A DNA stretch of 64,000 nt. It comes from Candidatus Omnitrophota bacterium. Its GTDB lineage: Bacteria; Omnitrophota; Gorgyraeia; Duberdicusellales; 4484-171. The notes below the pieces were generated by a model. That model searched no databases. It had not been told where the DNA came from and saw only the letters and a list, made by a program, of their open reading frames with translations. The stretch spans positions 53,790 through 117,789 of the forward strand of contig WJJJ01000025.1 of the NCBI GenBank assembly GCA_014729775.1, in the 5' to 3' direction. Each line of letters starts with the position of its first letter. Position 1 is the first letter of the stretch. The translations under genes and the position numbers were made by a program. Positions 18,006-27,141 of the stretch are shown here, in pieces.

Positions 18006-19937
18006 ATGAAATACCTCGAACAGATTGAACAATTTCTGAAAATGCTGAAAATCGGACTCACCCACGCGAGCATGTACTTTACCGAGCATCCGATCTATCA
18101 AAAAACCGTTCGGGAAGTGCACAGGGAGCTTCAGCAGGTACTGCGTGAAAAGAACCCTCTTCTCATCGGAGTCTCGCCCGATGCGCTGATCATCGACAAT
18201 CATGAATGGAAGAATTCCCGATTAACCGAGGATCTGGCGGTTTTTTTTCATACCCGCATGGTGAGCCGGATCGAATTCGTCGACGGAATAACAGAACAGG
18301 AGCTCCACACCTTTCTCTCGTATGTCTCCCTTTCGGCGCAGGAAATTTTAAGCCTGGGCGGCCTCGGAAAAATCTTCGAGGAAAAACAAGTCGCTCACGT
18401 CCATGTGTCTGATCTCGATTATTCTCACCTGCTGAAAAATGCGGGAGTGTACCATAAAGATATTTGGAAATATCTGCTCCGCAGCGCGGCCCGGAGCCAG
18501 AAGGACGAAGAAATGAAGGCGCTGATCGATAATTTTGAAACCGTCGTGAGTTCCCTCGGAAAGGAATTATTTCAAGAAGCAGAGTGCCGGGCTCAGCTCC
18601 GGGTTTTTTTGACGCACTTAAGCAAGAGTCAAAAAAGTACGTTAAAACAGTGCAGTAAGACCATCCTTCAGTATCTTTTGAGAGACCGCGATGCGGTTGA
18701 GGGTAAAATCCCGGTTGAGGATCTCCGAAATTTTCTCACCGTATTGTCGGATGCTGAATCAGCGGATATCCTGTGGGATGAGATCGCAAAAGGTCCTGAT
18801 TTTGATGCGAGTGCTTTTTCGTTCTTTCTGACCCTCTTGAGTTCGAAAAATCACGAGATTATCGCGGACAAAGTGCTGCACCGTTTGGATTCGGTGTCGA
18901 CCGAGAAAAAGCATCAAATGAAGTCCAGACTCGAAGATTTGTTTTCAACCGCGTTTTCTTCCGGCCCGCGGGAAGCCAGCCAGGTGTATCAGGAAGCGTT
19001 GTCCGCGATGTTTGAGGCGATGTCCGATGAGGGGCGATGGGTGTTTGACCGCGAGAATGCGCGCAAGAACTACCGGTATATTCTGCTGGCGCTGCTCGAT
19101 GAGAAAAAAAAATCCGAACAGATGCGGCGGATCGCGGAGAAGATTTCCGCGGAGACGATACACGCATTCGAAATTCGCGACCGCGGATATCTGGCGGCCT
19201 GTTTCTCTCTGCTCAAAAGGAAAGACGATTCCTTTCGGTCTGAACTGCAGGAAGGGCTGCGCGGGCTCGATGAATTCCTGGAAACAAAAGTGCTCCAAGG
19301 AGAGTATCCTTCCGGAATGGAACGCTATCTTTCCCGGCTAAAAAAAAGTTCCTATGGTCCGCGGACATACATTCAGAAAATCACCCAGGCTTCTTCTGTG
19401 TCCCCCGCGCTGCTCGATGCGTTTCTCCGCTTTTATCCGGGCGAGACCGGGAGACTGCTGGAAGAAGTGAAGACTCGGCAGGCACAGGCTTCTTACATGA
19501 CTTCGCTGGCGGAATCGGCCGCGGCGGCGGATTCCCCTTCGAGCCTGCGTATGCTGTGCGGGCTTTACCGCGATGCGCGGCTCTATCTGCGGCGGGTGAT
19601 TCTCCGGGTGATGCGCCGAATGAAACAATACGATATTGATTTTCTCTTTGAGGTTCTTTCTGGTTCAGAAGTTTTTCTCAAACGGGAGGCGCTGGCGATA
19701 CTTGCAGGTATACCCGGCGCGCGGGCACGCGCCGCGGAGATTTTATTTCGCGTCCCGAATCCGTTTGGTATCCGGGAGAATCTCCTCAGTTCCCATATCG
19801 CGCTCGCCGATGAATTTTCGCTTTCCGAGGCCCGGCCTTACCTGGAAAAATTATCGGGCCAGCTGTGGTTCTGGCATAATAAAACGAAACGGCACGCGCA
19901 GGAAGTGCTGCGTAAATGGCATGAAAAATCAGATTGA
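18006..19937 (+). CDS. Alpha-helical (HEAT-repeat-like) hypothetical protein
   Basis: 643-aa ORF; C-terminal HEAT-like helices (LKREALAILA, ARPYLEKL); N-terminal domain homologous to that of the next gene. Confidence 0.7.
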   Translation: MKYLEQIEQFLKMLKIGLTHASMYFTEHPIYQKTVREVHRELQQVLREKNPLLIGVSPDALIIDNHEWKNSRLTEDLAVFFHTRMVSRIEFVDGITEQELHTFLSYVSLSAQEILSLGGLGKIFEEKQVAHVHVSDLDYSHLLKNAGVYHKDIWKYLLRSAARSQKDEEMKALIDNFETVVSSLGKELFQEAECRAQLRVFLTHLSKSQKSTLKQCSKTILQYLLRDRDAVEGKIPVEDLRNFLTVLSDAESADILWDEIAKGPDFDASAFSFFLTLLSSKNHEIIADKVLHRLDSVSTEKKHQMKSRLEDLFSTAFSSGPREASQVYQEALSAMFEAMSDEGRWVFDRENARKNYRYILLALLDEKKKSEQMRRIAEKISAETIHAFEIRDRGYLAACFSLLKRKDDSFRSELQEGLRGLDEFLETKVLQGEYPSGMERYLSRLKKSSYGPRTYIQKITQASSVSPALLDAFLRFYPGETGRLLEEVKTRQAQASYMTSLAESAAAADSPSSLRMLCGLYRDARLYLRRVILRVMRRMKQYDIDFLFEVLSGSEVFLKREALAILAGIPGARARAAEILFRVPNPFGIRENLLSSHIALADEFSLSEARPYLEKLSGQLWFWHNKTKRHAQEVLRKWHEKSD

Positions 19938-21243
19938 AAAATTCGTCAGAAGTATCTTCGCCGTGTTCCAGATCACGCAGATGTACACGCCGGAGCATAA
20001 AAGATTCATTGAGGCGGTGGATGGCGCGTACATGGAGCTGCAGAAAATTCTGCAGACCAGAGAGGACGTGACGGTAGGCATCGTGGGCGAGGAATTTACT
20101 ACAGGTGACGTAATACTGTTTGATCTGAGCAAAAAAACGAAGTCGTTTATCGTTTTTTTGAAAGACCGGGGCATTGAAAAGATCACTTTTGTCAGGGGTG
20201 TTGACAAAGATGAACTGGCGTCAGCGATCACGGCGATCTTCACCGTCGATCCTCATTCCGAAGCGGATATGCAAAAGGTGCTGGTTACGGAGGGGATTAC
20301 TCACATTAAAACGGGTACGATCAGCGCACCGCGTGATGAAGGGAAAAAGGTGTTTGCCCAGGAATACCATAACGCGTTGGAATCGGTCCGCAGCGCCCTG
20401 GGCAACATGCTTGAAGGCAAGGAGGTGAATGCGCTGGATCTGAAGTATTCGCTCGCCCATTTCGCGGAAAATATTCAGGTATGGCACAAGGAGTTTCGCA
20501 GGCTCCTGGCGGTCAAACAGCATGATCTGGGTACATTTTCACATATTCTCAATGTCGCGATCCTTTCGGTGTACTTTTCGGCCTGTCTCGGCTTTCGAAA
20601 GAATGACATGACCGAAATCGGAATTGCCGCACTGTTTCATGATATCGGCAAACAGTATATCTCGCGGTATATCATCAAGAAAACCCGCCGACTCACCGAT
20701 GAGGAATTCAAACAAATACAAAGTCACACCGTGCTGGGAGCAAACCTCCTCCTTCCTTATGAACCGGTGCTGGGTTTTCTCCCGGTCGTCGTCTGTTTCG
20801 AACATCATTTAGGGTATGACCGGCAGGGCTATCCCCGAACGCCGTACAACCGGCATCCGCATATCGCCTCTCAAATCGTGACGATATGCGATGTGTATGA
20901 CGCGCTGATGCAGAGACGGTCTTATAAGCGGGATTATCCTCCCCGATTTATTTACGATCTTATGATGCGCGATAAGGGACGGCAATTTCACCCGCTGCTC
21001 ATAGAGAAATTTTTTCAGTTCATGGGAATTTGGGCGGTGGGCACGATCGTGGAACTGAATGATAAGCGTGTCGGGATCGTACGCCGGGAAAATCAGGGGG
21101 ATATCCGCTCTCCCTGGGTGCAAATAATTTCGCCGGCACCTGAAAAGGAGCTTTTGAATCTTGAAAAAGAGACGCCCCGGCTCTATATCCAGAAAGCGCT
21201 GAATCCCATGAAGGAAGGGAAGCGATACCTTTCTTTCTTGTAG
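19921..21243 (+). CDS. HD-GYP domain cyclic-dinucleotide phosphodiesterase
   Basis: HDIGK, HTVLG, EHH..GYP, DVYDAL..RRSYK; ATG 19921 overlaps the upstream gene end. Confidence 0.9.
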   Translation: MKNQIEKFVRSIFAVFQITQMYTPEHKRFIEAVDGAYMELQKILQTREDVTVGIVGEEFTTGDVILFDLSKKTKSFIVFLKDRGIEKITFVRGVDKDELASAITAIFTVDPHSEADMQKVLVTEGITHIKTGTISAPRDEGKKVFAQEYHNALESVRSALGNMLEGKEVNALDLKYSLAHFAENIQVWHKEFRRLLAVKQHDLGTFSHILNVAILSVYFSACLGFRKNDMTEIGIAALFHDIGKQYISRYIIKKTRRLTDEEFKQIQSHTVLGANLLLPYEPVLGFLPVVVCFEHHLGYDRQGYPRTPYNRHPHIASQIVTICDVYDALMQRRSYKRDYPPRFIYDLMMRDKGRQFHPLLIEKFFQFMGIWAVGTIVELNDKRVGIVRRENQGDIRSPWVQIISPAPEKELLNLEKETPRLYIQKALNPMKEGKRYLSFL

Positions 21244-21294
21244 AACCCGGAGAAAAGGTTTGCCGGGCGTACTAAATATGATATATTGTATACC

Positions 21295-21663
21295 ATGAAC
21301 GCCGCGCAAAAACCAGTGTTGGTAGTCGATGACGAAAAAGAAATCGTTGATTTCCTTGAGAAGTTCATTTCCCGGTTCGGGTATAGGGTCGAAAAGGTGA
21401 CCAGCGGGGAAGCCGCACTCGCGTTCATTGAATCGCACGGCGCACGCTGTGTGTTCTTGGACATACAAATGGGAGGGGTCGATGGTATCGAAGTACTGCG
21501 CCGGATCAAGAAAACGTATCCCGATATCACCGTAATCATGATTACCGGTAAGGCAGAAAAAGAGGTTCAGACGAAAGCAAAACGATACGGAGCCGCTACC
21601 TATATTACCAAACCCCTGGATCTGGAAGATTTGAGCCGGAGAATTAAGGAATATCTAGTATAA
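21295..21663 (+). CDS. Single-domain response regulator
   Basis: VLVVDDE, FLDIQM, MITG, TKP. Confidence 0.92.
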   Translation: MNAAQKPVLVVDDEKEIVDFLEKFISRFGYRVEKVTSGEAALAFIESHGARCVFLDIQMGGVDGIEVLRRIKKTYPDITVIMITGKAEKEVQTKAKRYGAATYITKPLDLEDLSRRIKEYLV

Positions 21664-21681
21664 CTTCAATTCGAACCCCAG

Positions 21682-22860
21682 ATGACCGTCGATTACCAGC
21701 AAGATCTCGAAAAAGCCGCGCGCCAGATGATTCTGATTCATCGCTCGAGTACTCTGACCCGGCTTATTCTGCGTACGATCGTTGCGAAAGTAAAGGTGGA
21801 ACACGCAGGCTTGTTTATATACGACAAACAGCGGGACGAATATGTGGTCAAAGTTTCCCGGGGAGCCACGGGAATGAAAATTCCTTCCGGATTCGTGAAA
21901 ATATCGCAGGAAAATTCGCTCATAAGGTATTTTCGCGAGCCTTCCCTGCCCTATCCCAAAGACAGTATTCTCTGGTCGTCCTTGAACGGATATCTCCGAT
22001 CAGCGAAACGCCGGAAGAACGAGGAATTAGTGAATTTTTTGGAAGATCTGCGGATGACCTTGTCTTTATACCAAGCCCGTGCATGCGTGCCGGGATTCTT
22101 CCGTAAGGAACTGGTCGGCGTGCTTTTTTTAGGGGAGAAGACCGATCAACAGGGACTCTCCAAGGAAGAACTGGGATATCTTTCCGTCCTCGCCTCGGAC
22201 GTCGTGATGGCGATCAAGAATGCCTGGTTGATCGAGGATCTCAATCAACAGGTCGAAGTGAATAAGCGGCTGTTCGTACAGACGGTTTCGGCGCTGGCTT
22301 CGAGCATTGAAGCGAAAGACATGTATACGATCGGCCACACTGAACGGGTCGTGGAGAAAAGTCTGGAGATCGCCCGGCAGATGCGGCGGCGCAAAAGGAT
22401 CCGGAATTGGGAATCGTTTTTGGAGAATTTGAGGGTAGCGGCGCTGCTTCACGATATCGGAAAAATCGGCATACCGGAAAAGATCCTGAATAAAAAGAAG
22501 TGGCTCAACGAAAAGGAGCGGGGCGTGATTGAAAGGCATCCTCTCATCGGAGCCAAGATCCTGCAGCAGGTGGAGGAAATGAAAGATGCGCTCTTGGGCG
22601 TAAAGCACCACCATGAACGCTACGATGGAAAAGGGTATCCTTCCGGATTGCGGGGAAAAGAAATCCCCCTTACTGCGGCGATAATCGCGGTCGCCGATTC
22701 GTTTGACGCGATGATTATCGACCGGCCGTACCGAAAGGGCCTCCGGCTCAGCGAAGCTTTGGAGGAGATCCGCAAGAACCGGGGTAAGCAGTTCGCGCCG
22801 GCCGTCGTCGATGCCTTTTTGTCCTTGTACGCGGTCCCGGCAAAAAAGAAAAGAAAATGA
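21682..22860 (+). CDS. GAF + HD-GYP phosphodiesterase
   Basis: GAF LVGVLFLGEK..MAIKNA; EAKD.YT.GH, LLHDIGK, HHHERYDGKGYPSGL, DSFDAM..DRPYR. Confidence 0.93.
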   Translation: MTVDYQQDLEKAARQMILIHRSSTLTRLILRTIVAKVKVEHAGLFIYDKQRDEYVVKVSRGATGMKIPSGFVKISQENSLIRYFREPSLPYPKDSILWSSLNGYLRSAKRRKNEELVNFLEDLRMTLSLYQARACVPGFFRKELVGVLFLGEKTDQQGLSKEELGYLSVLASDVVMAIKNAWLIEDLNQQVEVNKRLFVQTVSALASSIEAKDMYTIGHTERVVEKSLEIARQMRRRKRIRNWESFLENLRVAALLHDIGKIGIPEKILNKKKWLNEKERGVIERHPLIGAKILQQVEEMKDALLGVKHHHERYDGKGYPSGLRGKEIPLTAAIIAVADSFDAMIIDRPYRKGLRLSEALEEIRKNRGKQFAPAVVDAFLSLYAVPAKKKRK

Positions 22861-24020
22861 GATCCGCTGTTGAGAATACGCAGGGGGATACCGCAAAAAA
22901 GAAACGAAGCATCATTGTGTTTTATATTTCCGAATTCGGCGGGCACAGCCGGGCTGCCAAGAATATCCGCGAAGCGCTGCTCATGCGGGATCCCGGCCTG
23001 GCTGTCCACAGGATCAACGGGGCAAAATATTTTTATCCCGTATGGGAGCGTATCGTCGATTTTATCTATACCCGCGTCATCGTCCATTCGCCGCATTTGT
23101 GGGGCAGGGTATATGACCGGGAAAAAGTCATTCGCCGTCTTTCCCCGGTACGAAGGGTCGTAAACCGTTTGGCATTCGGAAAGGTGAAACGGCTGCTGCG
23201 CCGGAAAAGGCCCGATTGCATCGTGGCGACCCAGGCGTTTCCCTGCGGAGTGATTGCCGATTACAAACTTGCTTACGAAGTAGATGTTCCGCTGATCGCG
23301 GTGGTGACCGATTATTATCCTCATCGCTTCTGGGTGCACCCGGCCATCACCCATTATGTGGTGGCCTGCCCGGAAGCCAAGGATATTTTGTGCCGGGAAG
23401 GGGTTCCGGAAGAAAAAATCAAGATTCTGGGAATTCCGATTTCGGTGAAGTTTCTCCAGTCATTCTCAAAGGAAGCGGTTGCTCGTGCCTACGGATTCAA
23501 TCCCCACCTGCCCTCGCTGCTGCTCATGGGCGGAGGATTAGGACTTGGCCCTTTGAAAATGATTGCCGGCGATATCGATTCTCTCCCGTATGAGTTTCAA
23601 ATTATTGTGGTGTGCGGACGCAATCACGGGCTCTATCAGTGGTTTTGCTCGCGCCGGAGAAAATTCCGTAAGCCGGTATATTGTTTTCGGTACGTTGATT
23701 TCGTGCATGAATTGATGGATTTCGCCGACATTATCGTGACCAAAGGAGGGGGGATTACCGTGTCGGAAGCCCTGGCAAAAGGACTTGCGATGCTGATTAC
23801 CAATCCGATTCCGGGTCAGGAAGAACGCAATGTTGCCTATCTGGCGCGTACCCAGGCGGTTTTGCGGATGCGGAATCCTCAAGAGATCGCCGAGGCCGTG
23901 CAACGGCTGTTTACCGAAAAAGGGGAATTGTACCGTCTTAAGGAACGGGCTAAGGATATCGCGGTGATTGATTCATCCGTACGAATCGTTGATCTGATAT
24001 TGAGCGAATTGCGGGGATAA
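22857..24020 (+). CDS. Diacylglycerol glycosyltransferase (MGDG synthase / UgtP family, GT28)
   Basis: FGGHSRAA, VVTDY..H.FW, GIPI, GGGLG, TKGGGITVSEA, PIPGQEERN. Confidence 0.9.
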   Translation: MRSAVENTQGDTAKKKRSIIVFYISEFGGHSRAAKNIREALLMRDPGLAVHRINGAKYFYPVWERIVDFIYTRVIVHSPHLWGRVYDREKVIRRLSPVRRVVNRLAFGKVKRLLRRKRPDCIVATQAFPCGVIADYKLAYEVDVPLIAVVTDYYPHRFWVHPAITHYVVACPEAKDILCREGVPEEKIKILGIPISVKFLQSFSKEAVARAYGFNPHLPSLLLMGGGLGLGPLKMIAGDIDSLPYEFQIIVVCGRNHGLYQWFCSRRRKFRKPVYCFRYVDFVHELMDFADIIVTKGGGITVSEALAKGLAMLITNPIPGQEERNVAYLARTQAVLRMRNPQEIAEAVQRLFTEKGELYRLKERAKDIAVIDSSVRIVDLILSELRG

Positions 24021-24026
24021 CCGGCT

Positions 24027-24884
24027 ATGTATGTGCTTTTTTTCCTGGGAAAAATCATCGCGTTGAGCCTTCCCCGGCCGGCCCGTTACCGGTTCGCGAA
24101 AATGTGCTCTCTGCTTCAGTACCGGTTTTCCCGCAGAGACCGCGAGACCGTTCGAAATAATTTGCTCCCGGTTATCGGTCCGGAGGAACGAGAAAGATAC
24201 ACTCGGCGGGTATTTGTCAATTTCGGTTACTATCTGGCCGACTTTTTCACCTATTCCCGTATTACTCCGGCGTTTTTAAAAAAATACGTCACCGTGGAAG
24301 GGGAGGCGAATCTCCGCCAGGCGATGGCCCGCGGCAGGGGTGTGATCGCGCTCACGGCTCATTTGGGAAACTACGAACTCGGCGGCGCCGTTGTTGCCCT
24401 GCGCGGGTATCCTTTCTGCGCCGTCGCGCTCCCTCACAAAGTACAAAAAGTAAACGAATTTTTCAACGCACAGCGAAAACGAGTGGGGATAGAAGTGATC
24501 CCGACGGGTATCGCGGTCAAACGGTGCCTGAAACGGCTGCGGGAAGGCAAGATCATCGCTTTTCTGGGAGACCGGGATTTTTTCGGCGGAGGGATTGCGA
24601 CCCCCCTCTGCGGAGAGCGGGCGATACTGCCGAAGGGCGCGGCCTATTTTGCGCAAAAAACCGGGGCGGCGATCGTACCCAGTTTTTTCGTGCGGGATTC
24701 GCTCTATCATTACCGTCTGATATTCGAGCCTCCCATTTTCACTGAGCGGCACATGAGTGAAAACCAGATACTTCGGCAATTCGCGCCCGTGCTGGAACGC
24801 TACATTCGCGCTTTTGCGGATCAGTGGTACATGTTCGGGCCGTTTTGGGAAAAAGACGTCAAGGATGCAAATGGATATTCGTAA
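24027..24884 (+). CDS. Lipid A / glycolipid acyltransferase (LpxL/PatA family)
   Basis: GRGVIALTAHLGNYE, FLGDRD, PKGAA.FA.KTGA.IVP, DQWYMF. Confidence 0.88.
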   Translation: MYVLFFLGKIIALSLPRPARYRFAKMCSLLQYRFSRRDRETVRNNLLPVIGPEERERYTRRVFVNFGYYLADFFTYSRITPAFLKKYVTVEGEANLRQAMARGRGVIALTAHLGNYELGGAVVALRGYPFCAVALPHKVQKVNEFFNAQRKRVGIEVIPTGIAVKRCLKRLREGKIIAFLGDRDFFGGGIATPLCGERAILPKGAAYFAQKTGAAIVPSFFVRDSLYHYRLIFEPPIFTERHMSENQILRQFAPVLERYIRAFADQWYMFGPFWEKDVKDANGYS

Positions 24885-25551
24885 TGTATGGGCGGTAGTG
24901 CCGGCGTACAACGAAGGGAGGAAACTGTACGGGATTGTTTCCGAACTTAAACGCCGCCGGCTCTCGGTGCTGGTAGTCGATGACGGCTCCACCGATGATT
25001 CGGCGAAAATTGCCAGAGCCGCCGGCGCCGACAAGATTATTTCACACCCGAAAAATTTGGGGAAAGGACGATCGATTAAAATCGCGATCGCGTATCTATG
25101 TGCGTCAACCGATTTCGAATATATGGTCACTCTGGACGGAGACGGACAACATGCTCCCGGCGACCTTCCCGTATTTTTTTCCGCAGCGGCTCAGGGGTGT
25201 GATTTTGTAGTCGGCAATCGAATGGCCAATCACCGCGGCATGCCGAGACTGAGAGTGGCGACTAACCGGGTGATGTCCTGGATGATTTCCCGGATTACCG
25301 GCCAGTACATTCCCGATACTCAGTGCGGGTATCGGTTGATCCGCAAAGAAGTGCTGGAGCATATTCAGATACGCACGACTAAATTCGAAATCGAATCGGA
25401 AATACTGCTGAAGGCAGCCCGGAAAGGATATCGAATTCACAGCGTGCCCATTCAAAGCATTTATTTCCAGGGGTATGAGAGTAATATTCATCCGGTATTT
25501 GACACGATTCGTTTTTTTCGGTTTTTAATCAAGGCCGTCAAATTCAAGTGA
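24871..25551 (+). CDS. Glycosyltransferase family 2 (DPM1-like)
   Basis: VPAYNE, VVDDGSTD, NLGKG, TLDGDGQH, DTQCGYR. Confidence 0.92.
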   Translation: MDIRNVWAVVPAYNEGRKLYGIVSELKRRRLSVLVVDDGSTDDSAKIARAAGADKIISHPKNLGKGRSIKIAIAYLCASTDFEYMVTLDGDGQHAPGDLPVFFSAAAQGCDFVVGNRMANHRGMPRLRVATNRVMSWMISRITGQYIPDTQCGYRLIRKEVLEHIQIRTTKFEIESEILLKAARKGYRIHSVPIQSIYFQGYESNIHPVFDTIRFFRFLIKAVKFK

Positions 25552-26070
25552 ATGGAATGGATCCGGACAGAACTTTTTGAGGCCGTGACGGGGACTTTTT
25601 CTCCCCCGGTCGCGGTGACGGTGAGCGCGATGCTTCCGGTGTTTGAGCTGCGGCTCGCAGTTCCGCTGGGAATACTGCAGTTTCGTTTGCCGGTGTGGGA
25701 GGTGTATACGCTGGCCGTGGTCGGCAATCTGGTTCCGGTACTGCCCCTGCTTTTCTTTCTGTCTTTTTTCTTTCACGGCGTACAGCAAGTGCCGGTATTC
25801 GGCCGTCTCTTCCGGTGGTGGTTCGAAAGGGTGGAGCGAAAGTCGCAGAGAGTCCGCCGTTGGGGGTTTTGGGGGTTGGTGCTGATGGTGGCGATTCCGC
25901 TGCCGATGACCGGTGCCTGGACGGGATGTGCGGCCGCGGCATTGCTTGAAGTTCCCCTGCGCAGAGCGGTAGCCGCAATTACGCTTGGGGTTCTGTGCGC
26001 GGGAGCGGCGGTCACTCTTTTGAGCGTGGGGGCGGGTGGTATCGTGACGCGCTGGTTCCTGCCGAACTGA
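25552..26070 (+). CDS. Small multi-drug export family membrane protein (COG2426-like)
   Basis: MLPVFELRLAVPLG, VAIPLPMTGAWTG. Confidence 0.85.
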   Translation: MEWIRTELFEAVTGTFSPPVAVTVSAMLPVFELRLAVPLGILQFRLPVWEVYTLAVVGNLVPVLPLLFFLSFFFHGVQQVPVFGRLFRWWFERVERKSQRVRRWGFWGLVLMVAIPLPMTGAWTGCAAAALLEVPLRRAVAAITLGVLCAGAAVTLLSVGAGGIVTRWFLPN

Positions 26071-26084
26071 AAAGGAGAAAAATC

Positions 26085-26113
26085 TTTACAAATCAAAAGA
26101 GCCGATGTATAAT
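26085..26113 (+). promoter_or_regulatory. Sigma70 promoter for the hisG operon
   Basis: TTTACA-17 nt-TATAAT. Confidence 0.7.
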
Positions 26114-26140
26114 CTTTAACTTTCGGGATTGGATGGGGAT

Positions 26141-27028
26141 ATGACGAAAAAACGCAATAAATTAACGCTCGGGATACCGAAGGGAAGTCTCCAGAATAAG
26201 ACGCTGGAAATTTTCAAAATGGCGGGATTTGATTTTTACGTGAGTCCCCGTTCCTACTTCCCCACCGTGGATGATCCCGAACTGAGATCGATATTGATCC
26301 GTGCTCAGGAAATGTCGCGGTACGTCGAAGAAGGACTGCTTGACTGCGGCATTACCGGTGAAGACTGGATTCTGGAGAATAATTCCCGCGTGACCCGTCT
26401 GGCGGAATTAAAATACGCCAAGCGTACGTTGCAGCCGGTTCGGTGGGTGATCGCGGTGAGAGAGGATTCCAAGATCCGGACATTGACCGACTTGGGCGGC
26501 AAGAGGATCGCGACCGAGCTGGTAAATTACACCAAAAAGTATTTCAGACAGCGGAAGATTCCGGTGGAGGTGGAATTCAGCTGGGGCGCGACTGAAGTGA
26601 AGGTGAAAAGCGGACTGGTCGACGCCATTGTCGAGCTTACCGAAACCGGCGAAAGTCTCAGAGCGAATAACCTGAAAGAGATCGCAACGATATCTGAATC
26701 CACCACGCGGTTTATCGCCAACAAACAGGCTCTGAAGGATCCATGGAAAAAAAAGAAAATGGATCATTTACTCCTGCTTCTGCGGGGTGCGCTTGAATCC
26801 CGCGACAAAGTGGGGCTCAAATTGAATGTGCGGGAGAAAGATCTTGACCGGGTTCTTGATTTGCTTCCCGCATTGAAAGAGCCGACCGTTTCTTCTCTCA
26901 CCCTGAAGGGATGGGTCGCGTGCGAGGTGATTCTGGAAGAGAAAGAGGTGCGTAATTTGCTGCCTTTGTTGAAGGAGAACGGTGCTCAGGGGATTATCGA
27001 GTATCCGTTGAATAAAGTTTTGTATTAG
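26141..27028 (+). CDS. hisG: ATP phosphoribosyltransferase (long form)
   Basis: GIPKGSL, DCGITGED, SWGATE, DAIVELTETG.SL.AN; C-terminal regulatory domain present. Confidence 0.96.
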   Translation: MTKKRNKLTLGIPKGSLQNKTLEIFKMAGFDFYVSPRSYFPTVDDPELRSILIRAQEMSRYVEEGLLDCGITGEDWILENNSRVTRLAELKYAKRTLQPVRWVIAVREDSKIRTLTDLGGKRIATELVNYTKKYFRQRKIPVEVEFSWGATEVKVKSGLVDAIVELTETGESLRANNLKEIATISESTTRFIANKQALKDPWKKKKMDHLLLLLRGALESRDKVGLKLNVREKDLDRVLDLLPALKEPTVSSLTLKGWVACEVILEEKEVRNLLPLLKENGAQGIIEYPLNKVLY

Positions 27029-27051
27029 CGCAGAGGATCGAAGGAGTATCT

Positions 27052-27141
27052 ATGCCGTGTGGAAGAAAAAGAAAATTGAAGAAAGTGAAGCGTCACTGGT
27101 TCAAGAAGAGAAGAAAACAGCAGAGACATAAAGCGAAATAA
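27052..27141 (+). CDS. 29-aa basic protein, AURKAIP1/COX24 (bS22/mS38-like) ribosomal small protein
   Basis: AAGGAG RBS; MPCGRKRKLKKVKRHWFKKRRKQQRHKAK*; TAATG coupling to the next gene; below the ORF track cutoff. Confidence 0.8.
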   Translation: MPCGRKRKLKKVKRHWFKKRRKQQRHKAK

